Assembly: GCA_038087875.1 (NCBI GenBank)
Contig: JAXLNO010000673.1
Span: forward strand, 1 to 38,815
Source of the DNA: Malacoraja senta
Lineage: Eukaryota
DNA length: 38,815 nt
Direction of reading: 5' to 3'
The translations under genes and the position numbers were made by a program. Shown one piece after another: positions 23,065 through 34,577 of the stretch; positions within the stretch are counted from its first letter, which is position 1; each line of letters begins with the position of its first letter. A model generated the notes under the pieces. The model was given only the letters and a program-made list of their open reading frames with translations. It ran no database searches and was not told where the DNA came from.

Positions 23065-24530
23065 GTGCACGAGTAGGCTAGTCGAGCCAGCACCGCAATT
23101 CAATATGATCATCGCTGATCATCTAAAATCAGTGCCCCATTCCTGCTTTTTCCCCATATCCCTTGATTCCTTTAGCCCGAAGAGCTGAATCTAACTCCCT
23201 CGTGAAAACATCCAGTGAATTAACCTCCACTGCCTTTTGTGGCAGAGAATTCCACAGATTCACAACTCTCCTGCTGAGACAACACCTGGAGTATTGTGTG
23301 AGGTTTTAGTCTCCAAATTTGAGCAAGGACATTCTTGCTATTGAGCGAGTGCAGCGTAGGTTCACGAGGTTAATTCCTGGAATGGATGGGCTGTCATATG
23401 TTGAAAGAATGGAGCGACTGTATACACTGGAATTTAGAAAGATGAGAGGGGATCTTATTGAAACATACACTGTGAGATTATTAGGGGATTGGACAGTGTA
23501 GATGCAGGAAAAATGTTGCCAATGTTGGGCGAGTGCAGAACCAGGGCCACAGTTTAAAATTAAGGAGTGGGCCATTTAGAACGGAGATGAGAAAAAACGT
23601 GTTCACCCTGAGAGTTGTGAATCTGTGGAATTCTCTGCCTGAGAAGACAGTGGAGGTCGATTCTCTGGATGCTTTCAAGAGATAGTTAGATAGAGCTCTT
23701 AAAGATAGCGGAGTCATGGGATTATGGGGAGAAGGCAGGAATGGGGTACTGATTGTGGATGATCATCCATGACTAATAATCTGGAAAGAATGCAGAGAAG
23801 ATTTACGATGAGGTTGCCAGGATGCGAGGGCCTGAGTTATAGGGAAATATTGGGCATGCAGGCACTTTATTTTGCAGAGCGCAGGAAGCTAAGGTTATGA
23901 GTGATCTTACAAAGGTGTTTACATTCATGAGAAATTAATAGGGAGAAATCACAGAGTCTTTTACCCATGATAGGGGAATCAAGAACCAGAGATCATAAGT
24001 TTAAGGTGAGGATGGAAAAGAATTAATAAGAACATGAAGGGCAACATTTTTTCACTCAGAGGGTGGTGGGTGTATGGAATAAATTGCCAGAGGAGGTATC
24101 GGTAGTTAAGGCAGGTACAATAACAACATTTAAAGGACACTTGGGCAGCTACATGGACAGGAAAGGTTCAGCTGGACATGGACCTAATACAGGCAAATTG
24201 GACTAGCTTGGATGGGGCATCTTGGACAGCAATGGATGAATTGGGTCAAAGGGCCTGTTCCTGTGCTGCATGAATGTCCATAATCCTCCCCCCCCCACCC
24301 CCCACACTCAATGAACCACCATCACCCCGTCACCACTCCCTGCACGACAACAACCCTATCATGGAATAGATAGTTTGGATGCATAGAGTACTTCACCCGG
24401 GTTAGGGGAATCAAGAACCAGAAGACATAGGTTTAAGGTGAGAGGGGAAAAATTTAATAGGAACCCGAATCAGTCACAGAGTGGTGGGTATATGGACAAG
24501 CTATCAGAGGAGGGAGTTGAGGCAGGGACA
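23065..24530. mobile_element. Cluster of CR1 3' fragments (first one on minus, the rest on plus)
   Basis: KDILAIERVQRRFTRLIPGMDGLSY...RMRGDLIETY and repeated CR1 3'-UTR motifs. Confidence 0.8.
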
Positions 24531-24544
24531 TAGAAATCATACTG

Positions 24545-25450
24545 AAGGTACATACAAAATGCTGGAGTAACTCAGCGGGACAAGCAGCATCTCTGGAGAG
24601 AAGGAACGGGTGACGTTCGAGTCGAGACTCTTCGTCAGACTGATGTCAGCGGAGTGGGTGGTACAGAGATAAAACGGAGACAGTAAGAACTGGGAAGGGG
24701 GTGGGGATGGGGAGAGAGGGAAAGCAAGGGCTACTTGAAGTTAGTGAAGTCAATGTTCATACCGCTGGGGTGTAAACTACCCAAGCGAAATACGAGGTGC
24801 TGTTTCTCCAATTTGCGCTGGGCCTCACTCTGACAATGGAGGAGGTCCAGGACAGAAAGGTCAGATTGGGAGTGGGAGGGGAAGTTAAAGTGCTGAGCAA
24901 CCATGAAATCTGGTAGGTTTAGGCAGACTGAGCAGAGGTGTTCAGCGAAATGATCGCCGAGCCTGCGCTTGGTGTTGCCGATATACAGGAGTTGATACCT
25001 GGAGCAGTGGACCCAGTATGTGGTTGGAGGAGGTGCAAGTGAACCTCTGCCTCACCTGAAAAGACTGTCGGGGTCCTTGGACGGAGTCGAGGGAGGAGGA
25101 AAAGGGACAAGTGTTGCATCTCCTGCAGCTGCAGGGAACAGTACTTGAGGTGGTGGTGGTTTGGGTGGGTTAGGACAAGTTGAGTAGAGAGTTGCGGAGG
25201 GAACGGTCTCTGTGGAAAGCAGAATGCGGTTGGGATGGGAAGATGTGGCCAGTAGTGGGATCCCATTGGAGGTGGCGAAAATGTCGGAGGATTATATGCT
25301 GTATGCGACGGCTGTTGAGGTGGAAGGTGAGGACTAGGGGGACTCTGTCCTTGTTACATGTGGGGGGGGGGGAGCGGAGCTGTGGGATATCGAGGAGACC
25401 TTAGTGAGAGCCTCATCTATAATGGAATAGGGGAACTCCCGTTCCCTACA
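24545..25450 (-). mobile_element. Older, diverged PLE 3' fragment (endonuclease + pLTR)
   Basis: Colinear with 19126-20052 but diverged; hammerhead variant CTGACGAAGAGTCTCGACTCGAACGTC. Confidence 0.85.
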
Positions 25451-26160
25451 GAAATCAGACAGTTGGGTTGCATCACAGCTTGGTTTGGGAAGAGCTCTGC
25501 CCATGACTGCAAGTTATTGTAAAGAGTTGTGTAAAAGTAGCCCGCTCCATCACACAGACCATAAGACATGGGAGCAGAATTGGGTTGTTGAGTCCATCAA
25601 GTCTACTCTGCCATTTAATCATGGCTGATCTATTTTTTCCTCTCAACCTCATTCTCCTGCCTGTAACCTTTGACACACTTACCAATCAAGAATCCATCAA
25701 TCTCTGCTTTAAAAATCCCAATGATGGCATCCACAGCTGTCTGTGGCAATAAGTTCCACAGATTCATCACACCCTCTTGCTAAAGAAATGAAGACTAAGC
25801 TCCTCACTAGTGACTCCATCTACACATCATGCTGCCTCGGGAAAGCAGTCAACATAACCAAATAATTTTGCACCCCCCTCTTTCCTTCTTCTCCTCGTTG
25901 GGTCAAAGATACAGAAGCTTGAAAGTACACACTACCAGACTCAGGAAAGTTTATTCCCATATGGTATCAGCTTCTCAATGGCCCTTCCATAAACCAGGGT
26001 ACAGTTTGATTTTGCTCCACCTCATTGTAGACCTTGGACTTTGTCTCTGAAACTGTTGCGCTACAATGTGGAAAACTATACTCTGCACTCTGTATCTTTC
26101 CCTTCGCTCTACATATTATACCCGAGTTTGACTTGAGTGTATTTATGTGGAGTATTATGC

Positions 26161-26440
26161 AGGCAGCACAGTGGCGTAGAGAGGGTTGCTGCCTTACAGC
26201 CCCAGAGACCCAGGTTTGATCTTGACTACGGATGCTGTCTGTACACAATTTGTACATTCTCCCTGTGACTGCGTGAGTTTTCTCCCACACGCCAAAGATG
26301 TACAGGTTAGTAGGATAATTGGCTTTGGTAATTTATAAAATTATCCTTGGTATGTAGGATAGTGTTAGTGTAAGGGGTGATTGCTGGATGGCACAGACTT
26401 GTTGGGCCAAAGGGTCTGTTTCCGTGCTATATCTCTAACA
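26161..26440 (+). mobile_element. HE1-type SINE
   Basis: Colinear with 18338-18664. Confidence 0.78.
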
Positions 26441-26702
26441 TCTAACGTAAATCTGATTTTGATTGGACAGCATGTAAAACAATGTTTTTCACTTTACCTG
26501 GGTACATGTGACAATAATAAACCTGAACCAAAAACTCAATTTAAAAGATGGTTGGACAGGTTTTGAGGGATACAAAACAGACAAATGAGATGAGCTTAGA
26601 TGGGTTATCTGGGTTGGCATGGATACATTGGACAAAGGGGAAACATAAAAAAACTGGAGTAACTCAGCGGACAGGCAGCATCTCTGGAGACAAGGAATGG
26701 GT

Positions 26703-26730
26703 GACGTTTCGGATTGAGACCCTTCTTCAG
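26703..26730 (-). ncRNA. Hammerhead motif with GUC site in a short PLE-derived repeat
   Basis: Reverse complement CTGAAGAA-GGGT CTCA ATCC-GAAA-CGTC. Core intact; stem II keeps pairing through a G-U pair. Confidence 0.55.
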
Positions 26731-26784
26731 ATGTAGGACATAAGGGTCTGTCTCCATGCTGTTTGACTCTTTGAAGACACTTAC

Positions 26785-27198
26785 TTTGTATAGGATGTAA
26801 GCCTCCTCGATGGGGATGATGATGTGGCCTTGGTGCTCACTGGAGCAAGAGCAAACCACACAGATGACACCCTGGCACTCCAGACAGAAGAGCTTGTGCC
26901 TCTCCTCGTGCCGCTGGCAGTAGAAGGCCGGCTGTCCCTGGCGGGGCTCCAGCTTCAGCTCCCTCACGCCCTCCACAATGTTGGCCAGCATGTGGTTGGG
27001 CTTCAACCTCTTCTCCTTGAACACCTCCCTACACTCGGGGCAGGAGTAGAAGGCGTCACCCTTCTCCCAGCTCCGAGAGATGCACAGCCGGCAGAAGTTG
27101 TGGTCGCACTCCAGGGCCACCGGCTCCTGGAAGAAATCCAGGCAGATGGAGCAGGTCACCTCACTGAAGAGTCTACCAAGGGGAGGTAGGGAGGCGAT
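26785..27198 (-). CDS. TRIM-A first coding exon: C3HC4 RING + B-box2 (expected start codon reads ATC)
   Basis: Translates (I)ASLPPLGRLFSEVTCSICLDFFQEPVALECDHNFCRLC...CPEC...CQRHEERHKLFCLECQGVICVVCSCSSEHQGHIIIPIEEAYILYK, then donor AAA|GTAAGT. 414 nt, phase 0. Candidate upstream acceptor TTTTACTCCACAG| with the exon starting at 27238. Confidence 0.92.
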
Positions 27199-27402
27199 TA
27201 TCCAAGGTCCAACCTTCTCAGCAAACCTCCGTCAAAATCTGTGGAGTAAAACATAAACATGTAAATGTAGTGCCTTCCTGCGTTGTTTCTTTGTTGGTTA
27301 GGTGGAACCTGTGGTGTACATGTCCTATTTTCTCCCAGTACCAATGTTCCTCTGGAGATCAGAGCATTCAACTTAGGCCAAAGCTCCAGCATGAAAGGTG
27401 TG

Positions 27403-27696
27403 GAGGCACAGTGACGCAGCGGTAGAGTTGCTGCCTTACAGCACAAGAGGCCTGAGTTTGATTCTACGGGTGCAGTCTGTGCGGAGTTTGCACGTTCTGT
27501 CTGTGACCACGTGGGTTTTCTCTGGGTGCTCTGGTTTCCTCTCACATTCCAAAGAGGTGCAGGTTTGTAGGTTAATTGGCTTTATTGTAAATTGTCCCTA
27601 GTGGGTAGGATAGTGCGAGTGTACAGGGTGATCACTGGTCGGCATGGACTCAGTGGGTCAAACGGCCTGTTTTCACTCTGTATCTCTAAAGTCCAA
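27403..27696 (+). mobile_element. HE1-type SINE
   Basis: Colinear with 18338-18664. Confidence 0.8.
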
Positions 27697-28756
27697 AGAG
27701 CGCTCCTGCCTTGTCAGAGTCACCATCTTTCACTTCCAACACAAGATGACAAATCCCAGTGTACCATCACTGAATTCATAATGATTTCCTGAGTCCAGTA
27801 TCAATGTTTAAAAATTTCATTCAGGCAAAATGGTTATTTGGTATCAGAGCAAAGCATGAAAACATCTGCAGACCTTAACTAAAAACTGAACATATCGTAA
27901 CTAATAAAACAAAAAAGCAATCTAATTATAACTAAAAGACTGAAGACTGAACTGGCCATTCAACTAAAAACATTCACACAGAACGCACTTTGAATACACA
28001 GCTGAAAAATGGGTTTCTTTACCATTATAGGATGATCCAAGGGCCTGGGGACCTAATCTATAGGCAGAGGACGGGCAGGCTAGGACTTTACTCCTTGGAG
28101 CGCAGGAGGATGAGCCGTCATCTTACAGAGGTGTATAAGATAATGATCTGCATCGACATATATATATATATAGAAAAACTGTAAGATATGCAAGCCATAC
28201 ATATTCAATAGGTACTGTGAAGAGAAAATTGAGCATAGTGCAGAATATTGTATGACAGCTGCAGAGAAATGGCTTGTAACATGTAACCTGGCCATTTATA
28301 ACATTGGTCTTTGTACGATCTTTGTGTATGCAAACATCCTAATGTCAACACAGTAAATGTTGGAGTAATCAGAGTAACTGTCTGGGAGATACACACAAAG
28401 TGCTGGAGTAACTCAGTGGGTTAGGCAGCATCCCAGTAGAATATGCATAGGTGACGTTGTCGGAACCCGATGGCTGGTAATAGATGAACACATGCTGTGT
28501 CCTATCCCTCCTCTTCTCCAGCTTTCTTTCCCAACCCCTACAATCAGTCGGAAGAAGGGTTCTGACTAAAAACACCCCCTATCCACATTCTCCAAGGATG
28601 CTGCCTCGGCCCCCTGTGTTACTCCAGCAGTTTCTGCCTATCTTTGGAAAAAACAAATTCCGTAATTCTTTTATTATCAGCATCTTTGGAGAATAAGGAT
28701 CGGTAATGTTTCAAGTTGGGACTGTTCTTCAGACATACTATGAAGGAATTATGTTG

Positions 28757-29197
28757 ACATAGAAACATAGAAAATAGGTGCAGGAGTAGGCCATTCGGTC
28801 CTTCGACCCAGCACTGCCATTCAATATAATCATGGCTGATCATCCAAAATCGGTACCCGTTCCTGCTTTTTCCCCATATCCCTTGTTTCTGTTAGCCCTC
28901 AGAGCTAAATCTAACTCTCTCTTGGCAAAATCCAGTGAATTGGCCTCCACTGCCTTCTGTGGCAGAGAATTCCACAGATTCACAACTCTCTGGGTGAAAA
29001 GGTTTTTAATTCCGTCCTAAATGGCCTACCCCTTATTCTTAAACTGTGACCCCTGGTTCTGGACTCCACCAACATCGGGCACATTTTTCCTGCATCTAGC
29101 CTGTCCAATCCCTTAAGAATTTTATATGTTTCTATAAGATTCCCTCTCATCCTTCTAAATTCCAGTGAATACCAGCCCAGTCGATCCATTCTTTCAT
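28757..29197 (-). mobile_element. CR1 3' fragment
   Basis: ERMDRLGWYSLEFRRMRGNLIETYKILKG; (TTTCTATG)n tail. Confidence 0.88.
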
Positions 29198-29202
29198 GGA
29201 TG

Positions 29203-29525
29203 AAATGGAGGAAATGCACCTCATATTCCGCTTGGGCAGTCTACATCCTGGGGGCTTGAACATTGAATTCTCCCAATTCTGCTAGCCCTTGCTGTCCCCT
29301 CCCCTTCATCAGCCCTCTGGTTGTCTCCTCCCATCCCCCAGCCCTCGGGCTCCTCCTCCACCTTTTTTCCTTTCTTCTTCCCACCCCCTATCAGTCTGAA
29401 GAAGGGTTTCGGCCCGAAACGTTGCCTATTTCCTTCGCTCCATAGATGCTGCTGCACCTGCTGAGTTTCTCCAGCATTTTTGTGTACCGTCGATTTTCCA
29501 GCATCTGCAGTTCCTTCTTAAACAC
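29203..29525 (+). repeat. PLE pseudo-LTR (direct copy of the element's 3' end)
   Basis: Near-identical to 33724-34018 (GGAGGAAATGCACCTCATATTCCGC...TTTTTGTGTACC), plus an extension to ...CAGTTCCTTCTTAAACAC. Partial-tandem arrangement characteristic of PLEs. Confidence 0.9.
29396..29423 (+). ncRNA. Minimal type I hammerhead ribozyme motif in the upstream pLTR
   Basis: CUGAAGA-A-[GGGU UUCG GCCC]-GAAA-CG-UU: both conserved core boxes, a 4-bp stem II with UUCG tetraloop, and palindromic AACGUU in place of stem III. Confidence 0.72.
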
Positions 29526-30235
29526 TTTGTCTACTCCACTGCGAATTCTCCTCAAGGTATGCCTACTTTGAAGAAGTTCTCCGCCTCTCTCCGGACTGTT
29601 CCACAACCAACTCTCTAACTGCCCCCCCCTCTGTGATCCCCCCTTCCCTCCAACTCTACGACCACATCCTTACCCAGACTCGATACCACAACCACATTTG
29701 CTTCCTCGGGGCATGCCTGCGCCTCCATCTCATACCTCATGGCTTCCAGCTCTAGTTCCCTACCTCCCAGTTCGGACCCCAGCCGGACTATCGGTACCGA
29801 CTGGCTATCTACCGGCAAAAAAATAAATAAAAAATACTATACTATATACTATACACAACAAATCTCCAACCGGGCACTGAGATCTACCCAGACCTGCAAC
29901 GGACCTCAACTGTATTTCATCCGCCGGAACACCCACCTCTTCAATCAACGATTCATGGCCCACCTCAACTCCACACCAAGGACCTGAAATTAGCCCGTCT
30001 CCAGGCCGCTGCCGCCGCCGACTCTCCGCGACTCGACCGCCCGCAGGCTCCGGCCTGTATCGCCTGCCCGAGACGCCATCTTGGCCACAAGGAGCGCCTC
30101 CAGTCCTCACCAAGACGCCGCCTTCACCGACCTCCACGTCGATGCTGCCGCCGACCTTCACCTGCCGACCGATGACGCGCAGCCTCGCCGCTTCAACGGG
30201 AACTCGGACTTCCTCCCCCTCGCCGATTCCTCCAA

Positions 30236-31615
30236 ACCCCATCGCCGCACCGGGCCCGCCCAACCTCACCGCCCCCGGGCCCGCCCAACCTCACCGCCCC
30301 CGCACCGGGCCCGCCCAACCTCATCGCCGCACCGGGCCCGCCCAACCTCATCGCCGCACCGGGCCCGCCCAACCTCATCGCCGCACCGGGCCCGCCCAAC
30401 CTCATCGCCGCACCGGGCCCGCCCAACCTCATCGCCGCACCGGGCCCGCCCAACCTCATCGCCGCACCGGGCCCGCCCAACCTCATCGCCCCCGGGCCCG
30501 CCCAACCTCATCGCCCCCGGGCCCGCCCAACCTCATCGCCGCACCGGGCCCGCCCAACCTCATCGCCGAACCGGGCCCGCCCAACCTCATCGCCGCCCCG
30601 GGCCCGCCCAACCTCATCGCCCCCGGGCCCGCCCAACCTCATCGCCGCACCGGGCCCGCCCAACCTCATCGCCGCACCGGGCCCGCCCAACCTCATCGCC
30701 GCACCGGGCCCGCCCAACCTCATCGCCCCCGGGCCCGCCCAACCTCATCGCCGCACCGGGCCCGCCCAACCTCATCGCCGCACCGGGCCCGCCCAACCTC
30801 ATCGCCGCACCGGGCCCGCCCAACCTCATCGCCGCACCGGGCCCGCCCAACCTCATCGCCCCCGGGCCCGCCCAACCTCATCGCCGCACCGGGCCCGCCC
30901 AACCTCATCCCCGCACCGGGCCCGCCCAACCTCATCGCCCCCGGGCCCGCCCAACCTCATCGCCCCCGGGCCCGCCCAACCTCATCGCCGCACCGGGCCC
31001 GCCCAACCTCATCGCCGCACCGGGCCCGCCCAACCTCATCGCCGCACCGGGCCCAACCTCATCGCCGCACCGGGCCCGCCCAACCTCATCGCCGCACCGG
31101 GCCCAACCTCATCGCCGCACCGGGCCCGCCCAACCTCATCGCCGCACCGGGCCCAACCTCATCGCCGCACCGGGCCCGCCCAACCTCATCGCCGCACCGG
31201 GCCCGCCCAACCTCATCGCCGCACCGGGCCCAACCTCATCGCCGCACCGGGCCCGCCCAACCTCATCGCCGCACCGGGCCCGCCCAACCTCATCGCCCCC
31301 GGGCCCGCCCAACCTCATCGCCGAACCGGGCCCGCCCAACCTCATCGCCGAACCGGGCCCGCCCAACCTCATCGCCCCCGGGCCCGCCCAACCTCATCGC
31401 CCCCGGGCCCGCCCAACCTCATCGCCGCACCGGGCCCGCCCAACCTCATCGCCCCCGGGCCCGCCCAACCTCATCGCCCCCGGGCCCGCCCAACCTCATC
31501 GCCGAACCGGGCCCGCCCAACCTCATCGCCGCACCGGGCCCGCCCAACCTCATCGCCGAACCGGGCCCGCCCAACCTCATCGCCGCACCGGGCCCGCCCA
31601 ACCTCATCGCCGCCG
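30236..31615 (+). repeat. GC-rich minisatellite inside the PLE (about 50 units of 27/25/23 nt)
   Basis: Units CATCGCCGCACCGGGCCCGCCCAACCT (27), CATCGCCCCCGGGCCCGCCCAACCT (25) and CATCGCCGCACCGGGCCCAACCT (23), plus a CCGAACC variant of the 27-mer. Confidence 0.97.
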
Positions 31616-33925
31616 CCGCCGCCCCACCGACCATCCGCCCACCGGGACCCCCCTCCCTCCCACGCATCGCCCGCGGACTCCGACTCTACTGCCCACGGAC
31701 CCCGACCCTCGCCATTGCACCTCCCTCCAGCCCCGCAGCCTTCGCCTCACCTGCAGACTGGACTCTGTACTGGGCCTGAAGCCTCCACGCTGCTCACTCC
31801 CACTCTCCTGGGTTTGACTCCACTGGGTCCTAGCGCTAGTCTGCCTAGTCCTGGTTACCTCAGTGGCAGTTCCACTGATTCTTCCCCAATCCCTTCTCCA
31901 ACTATGGGACCCCTTCTCTTCCCCACCCACACTACAGCCCTCTCACCCCCCCACCCTCTGACCACCCACCCACCACACATCGCCTCGTCCCCATTCCACC
32001 CACCTGCCTTCCTCTGGCCCCAACCCCCATCCCTGCCGGGTGCTCACCATCCCCCCCCCCCCCCCCCCGACCTCCCCCTCTCCGACATCGAACGGTCTGT
32101 CCTCAGCAGAGGTCTTACCTTTGTCCCCCTCCATCCCCACCTGAATGAGTTCCGCGCCCTCCATGACTTGGAACGCTTCCACTCCCACGCCCTGCCCGAC
32201 CGAGCCTCCAACCTCATCGTTCCCCAGCCCCGCACAGCCCGCTTGTACCTTCTCCCCAAAATCCACAAACCTGACTGTCCCAGTAGACCCATTGTCTCTG
32301 CCTGTTCGTGCCCCACCGAACTCATCACCACCTACCTCGACTCCATCCTATCCCCCTTGGTTAAATCCCTCCCTACCTATGTTCAAGACACCTCAGACAC
32401 TCCGTCATCTGCGCGCATTCCACTCTCTAGGCCCTCACCCCCTCATCTTCACCATGGACGTCCAGTCATTGTACACCTCCAACCCCCACCAGGATGGTCT
32501 CGAAGCCCTCCGATTTTTCTTAGACCGAAGAAGCAACCTATACCCAGCCACTGACACCCTCCTCCGCCTAGCGGAGCTGGTCCTTACCCTCAATAACTTC
32601 TCATTTGACTCCTCCCATTTCCTCCAAATACAAGGCGTAGCTATGGGCACACGCATGGGCCCCAGATACGCCTGCCTCTTTGTCGGGTACGTAGAACAAT
32701 CCTTGTTCAATGCGTACCAGAGCCCCATCCCCGACCTCTACCTCCGCTACATCGATGACTGTTTTGGTGCCACATCCTGCACCCACACACAACTGACTGA
32801 CTTTATCCGCTTCACCACCAACTTCCATCCGGCACTGAAATACACCTGGACCATTTCCGACACTTCCCTACCATTCCTTGACCTCACTATCTCCAGGTGA
32901 TAGACTTCTTACCGACATCCACTACAAACCTACCGACTCCCATGGCTATCTGGACTACACTTCTTCCCACCCTGCTTCCTGTAAGGACTCCATCCCCCAC
33001 TCCCAATTCCTCCGTCTACGCCGCATCTGCTCCCAGGATGAGGCGTTCCACACCAGGGCATCCGAAATTTCCTCATTCTTCAGGGAACGGGGGTTCCCCT
33101 CCTCCACCATAGATGAGGCTCGCACCAGGGTCTCTGCCATACCCCGCAACACTGCTCTCTCTCCCCATCCCCCCACTCACAACAAGGGCAGAGTCCCCCT
33201 AGTCCTCACCTTTCACCCCATCAGCCGTCACATACAACAAGTGATCCTCCGTCAGTTTCGCCACCTCCAACGTGACCCCACCACTCGCCACATCTTCCCA
33301 TCTCCCCCCATGTCTGCCTTCCGCAAAGACCGCTCCCTCCGTAACTCCCTTGTCAATTCTTCCCTTCCCTCCCGTACCACCCCCTCCCCGGGTACTTTCC
33401 CTTGCAACCGCAAGAGATGCTACACTTGTCCCTTTACCTCCCCCCTCGACTCCATTCAAGGACCTAAGCAGTCGTTCCAGGTGCGACAGAGGTTCACCTG
33501 CATCTCCTCCAACCTCATCTATTTCATCCGCTGCTCTAGATGCCAGCTGATCTACATCGGTGAGACCATGCGGAGGCTTGGCGATCGTTTCGCCGAACAC
33601 CTCCGGTCGGTCCGCAATAACCAACCTGACCTCCCTGTGGCTCAGCACTTCAACTCCCCCTCCCATTCCGTATCTGACCTCTCTGTCCTGGGTCTCCTCC
33701 ATGGCCACAGCGAGCAACACCGGAAATTGGAGGAAATGCACCTCATATTCCGCTTGGGCAGTCTACATCCTGGGGGCTTGAACATTGAATTCTCCCAATT
33801 CTGCTAGCCCTTGCTGTCCCCTCCCCCTCATCAGCCCTCTGGTTGTCTCCTACCCTTCCCCAGCCCTCGGGCTCCTCCTCCGCCTTTTTACCTTTTTTCC
33901 TTTCTTCTCTCCACCCCCTATCAGT

Positions 33926-33953
33926 CTGAAGAAGGGTTTCGGCCCGAAACGTT
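33926..33953 (+). ncRNA. Minimal hammerhead ribozyme motif in the PLE 3' end
   Basis: CTGAAGAAGGGTTTCGGCCCGAAACGTT, identical to 29396-29423. Confidence 0.72.
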
Positions 33954-34577
33954 GCCTATTTCCTTCGCTCCATAGATGCTGCTGCACCCGCTGAGTTTCT
34001 CCAGCATTTTTGTGTACCCTGACAGTAGACAAGATGGCCGCCTGCAGCTCCACAGGGAAATGCCAGCTTCCAATATGGCCGCCTCCGGCTTCATGCTCAT
34101 TGACTTCAATGGCTGGCTGCCAGTAGCTAAAATGGTGGTGGCTTGGGGGGGGGGGGGAGAAGGGGGGAGAGAGAGTGGGAAGGGGGGAACATGACTATTT
34201 GGGGAAATGAGAGGAGAATAAACTGTAAAAGTGGGAGAGAGAGAGAGAGAGAGAGAGAATAGGGAGAGAAGGGGTAGAGAGAGGGAGGGGGTGTATGTGC
34301 GTGTCTGGGGATTATTGCCTCCTCACCAAACCCTCTCCCTCCTCTTCCTCTCCCCTCGTTCCTTCCCACCCTCCCTCTCTCTCCATCTCGCTCTCGCTCC
34401 TCTTTCCCCGGTGGCCATTTTGTTGTCAACCTCCATTGATGGTCAATCTTCAATACCTCCTTAATCTCACCCCTGGAGCGCTGCTGACCCCGGGTTCTTC
34501 CACGGAAAAGAGTCCCGTTGGGAGGGAGGGAGGGATTGAGAGGAAGGAAGGGGTATGGAGGCAGACATGCTGAAGGA

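Larger units (their letters stand above)
29203..34018 (+). mobile_element. Near full-length, disabled Penelope-like element (Neptune type) with upstream pseudo-LTR
   Basis: Probable ATG at 29559; N-terminal domain HNHICFLGACLRLHLIPHGFQL*; RT motifs (VLSRGLTFVP, LYLLPKIHKP, RPIVS, MDVQSLYT, QIQGVAMG, YLRYIDD); thumb (YKPTD, YLDYTSSHP); Cys knuckle CNRKRCYTC; GIY-YIG endonuclease LIY..RCSRC..IYIGET..RF.EH ending at 33807. Contains a stop, frameshifts and an internal RT deletion near 32180. Confidence 0.93.

Noticed and set aside
8458..27198. Specific gene symbol (e.g. TRIM39, TRIM27, TRIM35, TRIM69)
   Set aside because: RBCC similarity alone cannot assign orthology in lineage-expanded TRIM clusters, and no C-terminal domain is in the window.
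30081..31817. 578-aa and 545-aa Pro-rich ORFs as novel genes
   Set aside because: They are read-throughs of the stop-free minisatellite inside a PLE; no independent gene structure.
29203..34018. LTR retrotransposon, or an intact autonomous element
   Set aside because: The direct repeat includes the ORF's 3' end (pLTR), the enzymes are PLE RT plus GIY-YIG with no gag or integrase, and the copy has a stop (29753-29755), frameshifts and an RT deletion. No TSD found.
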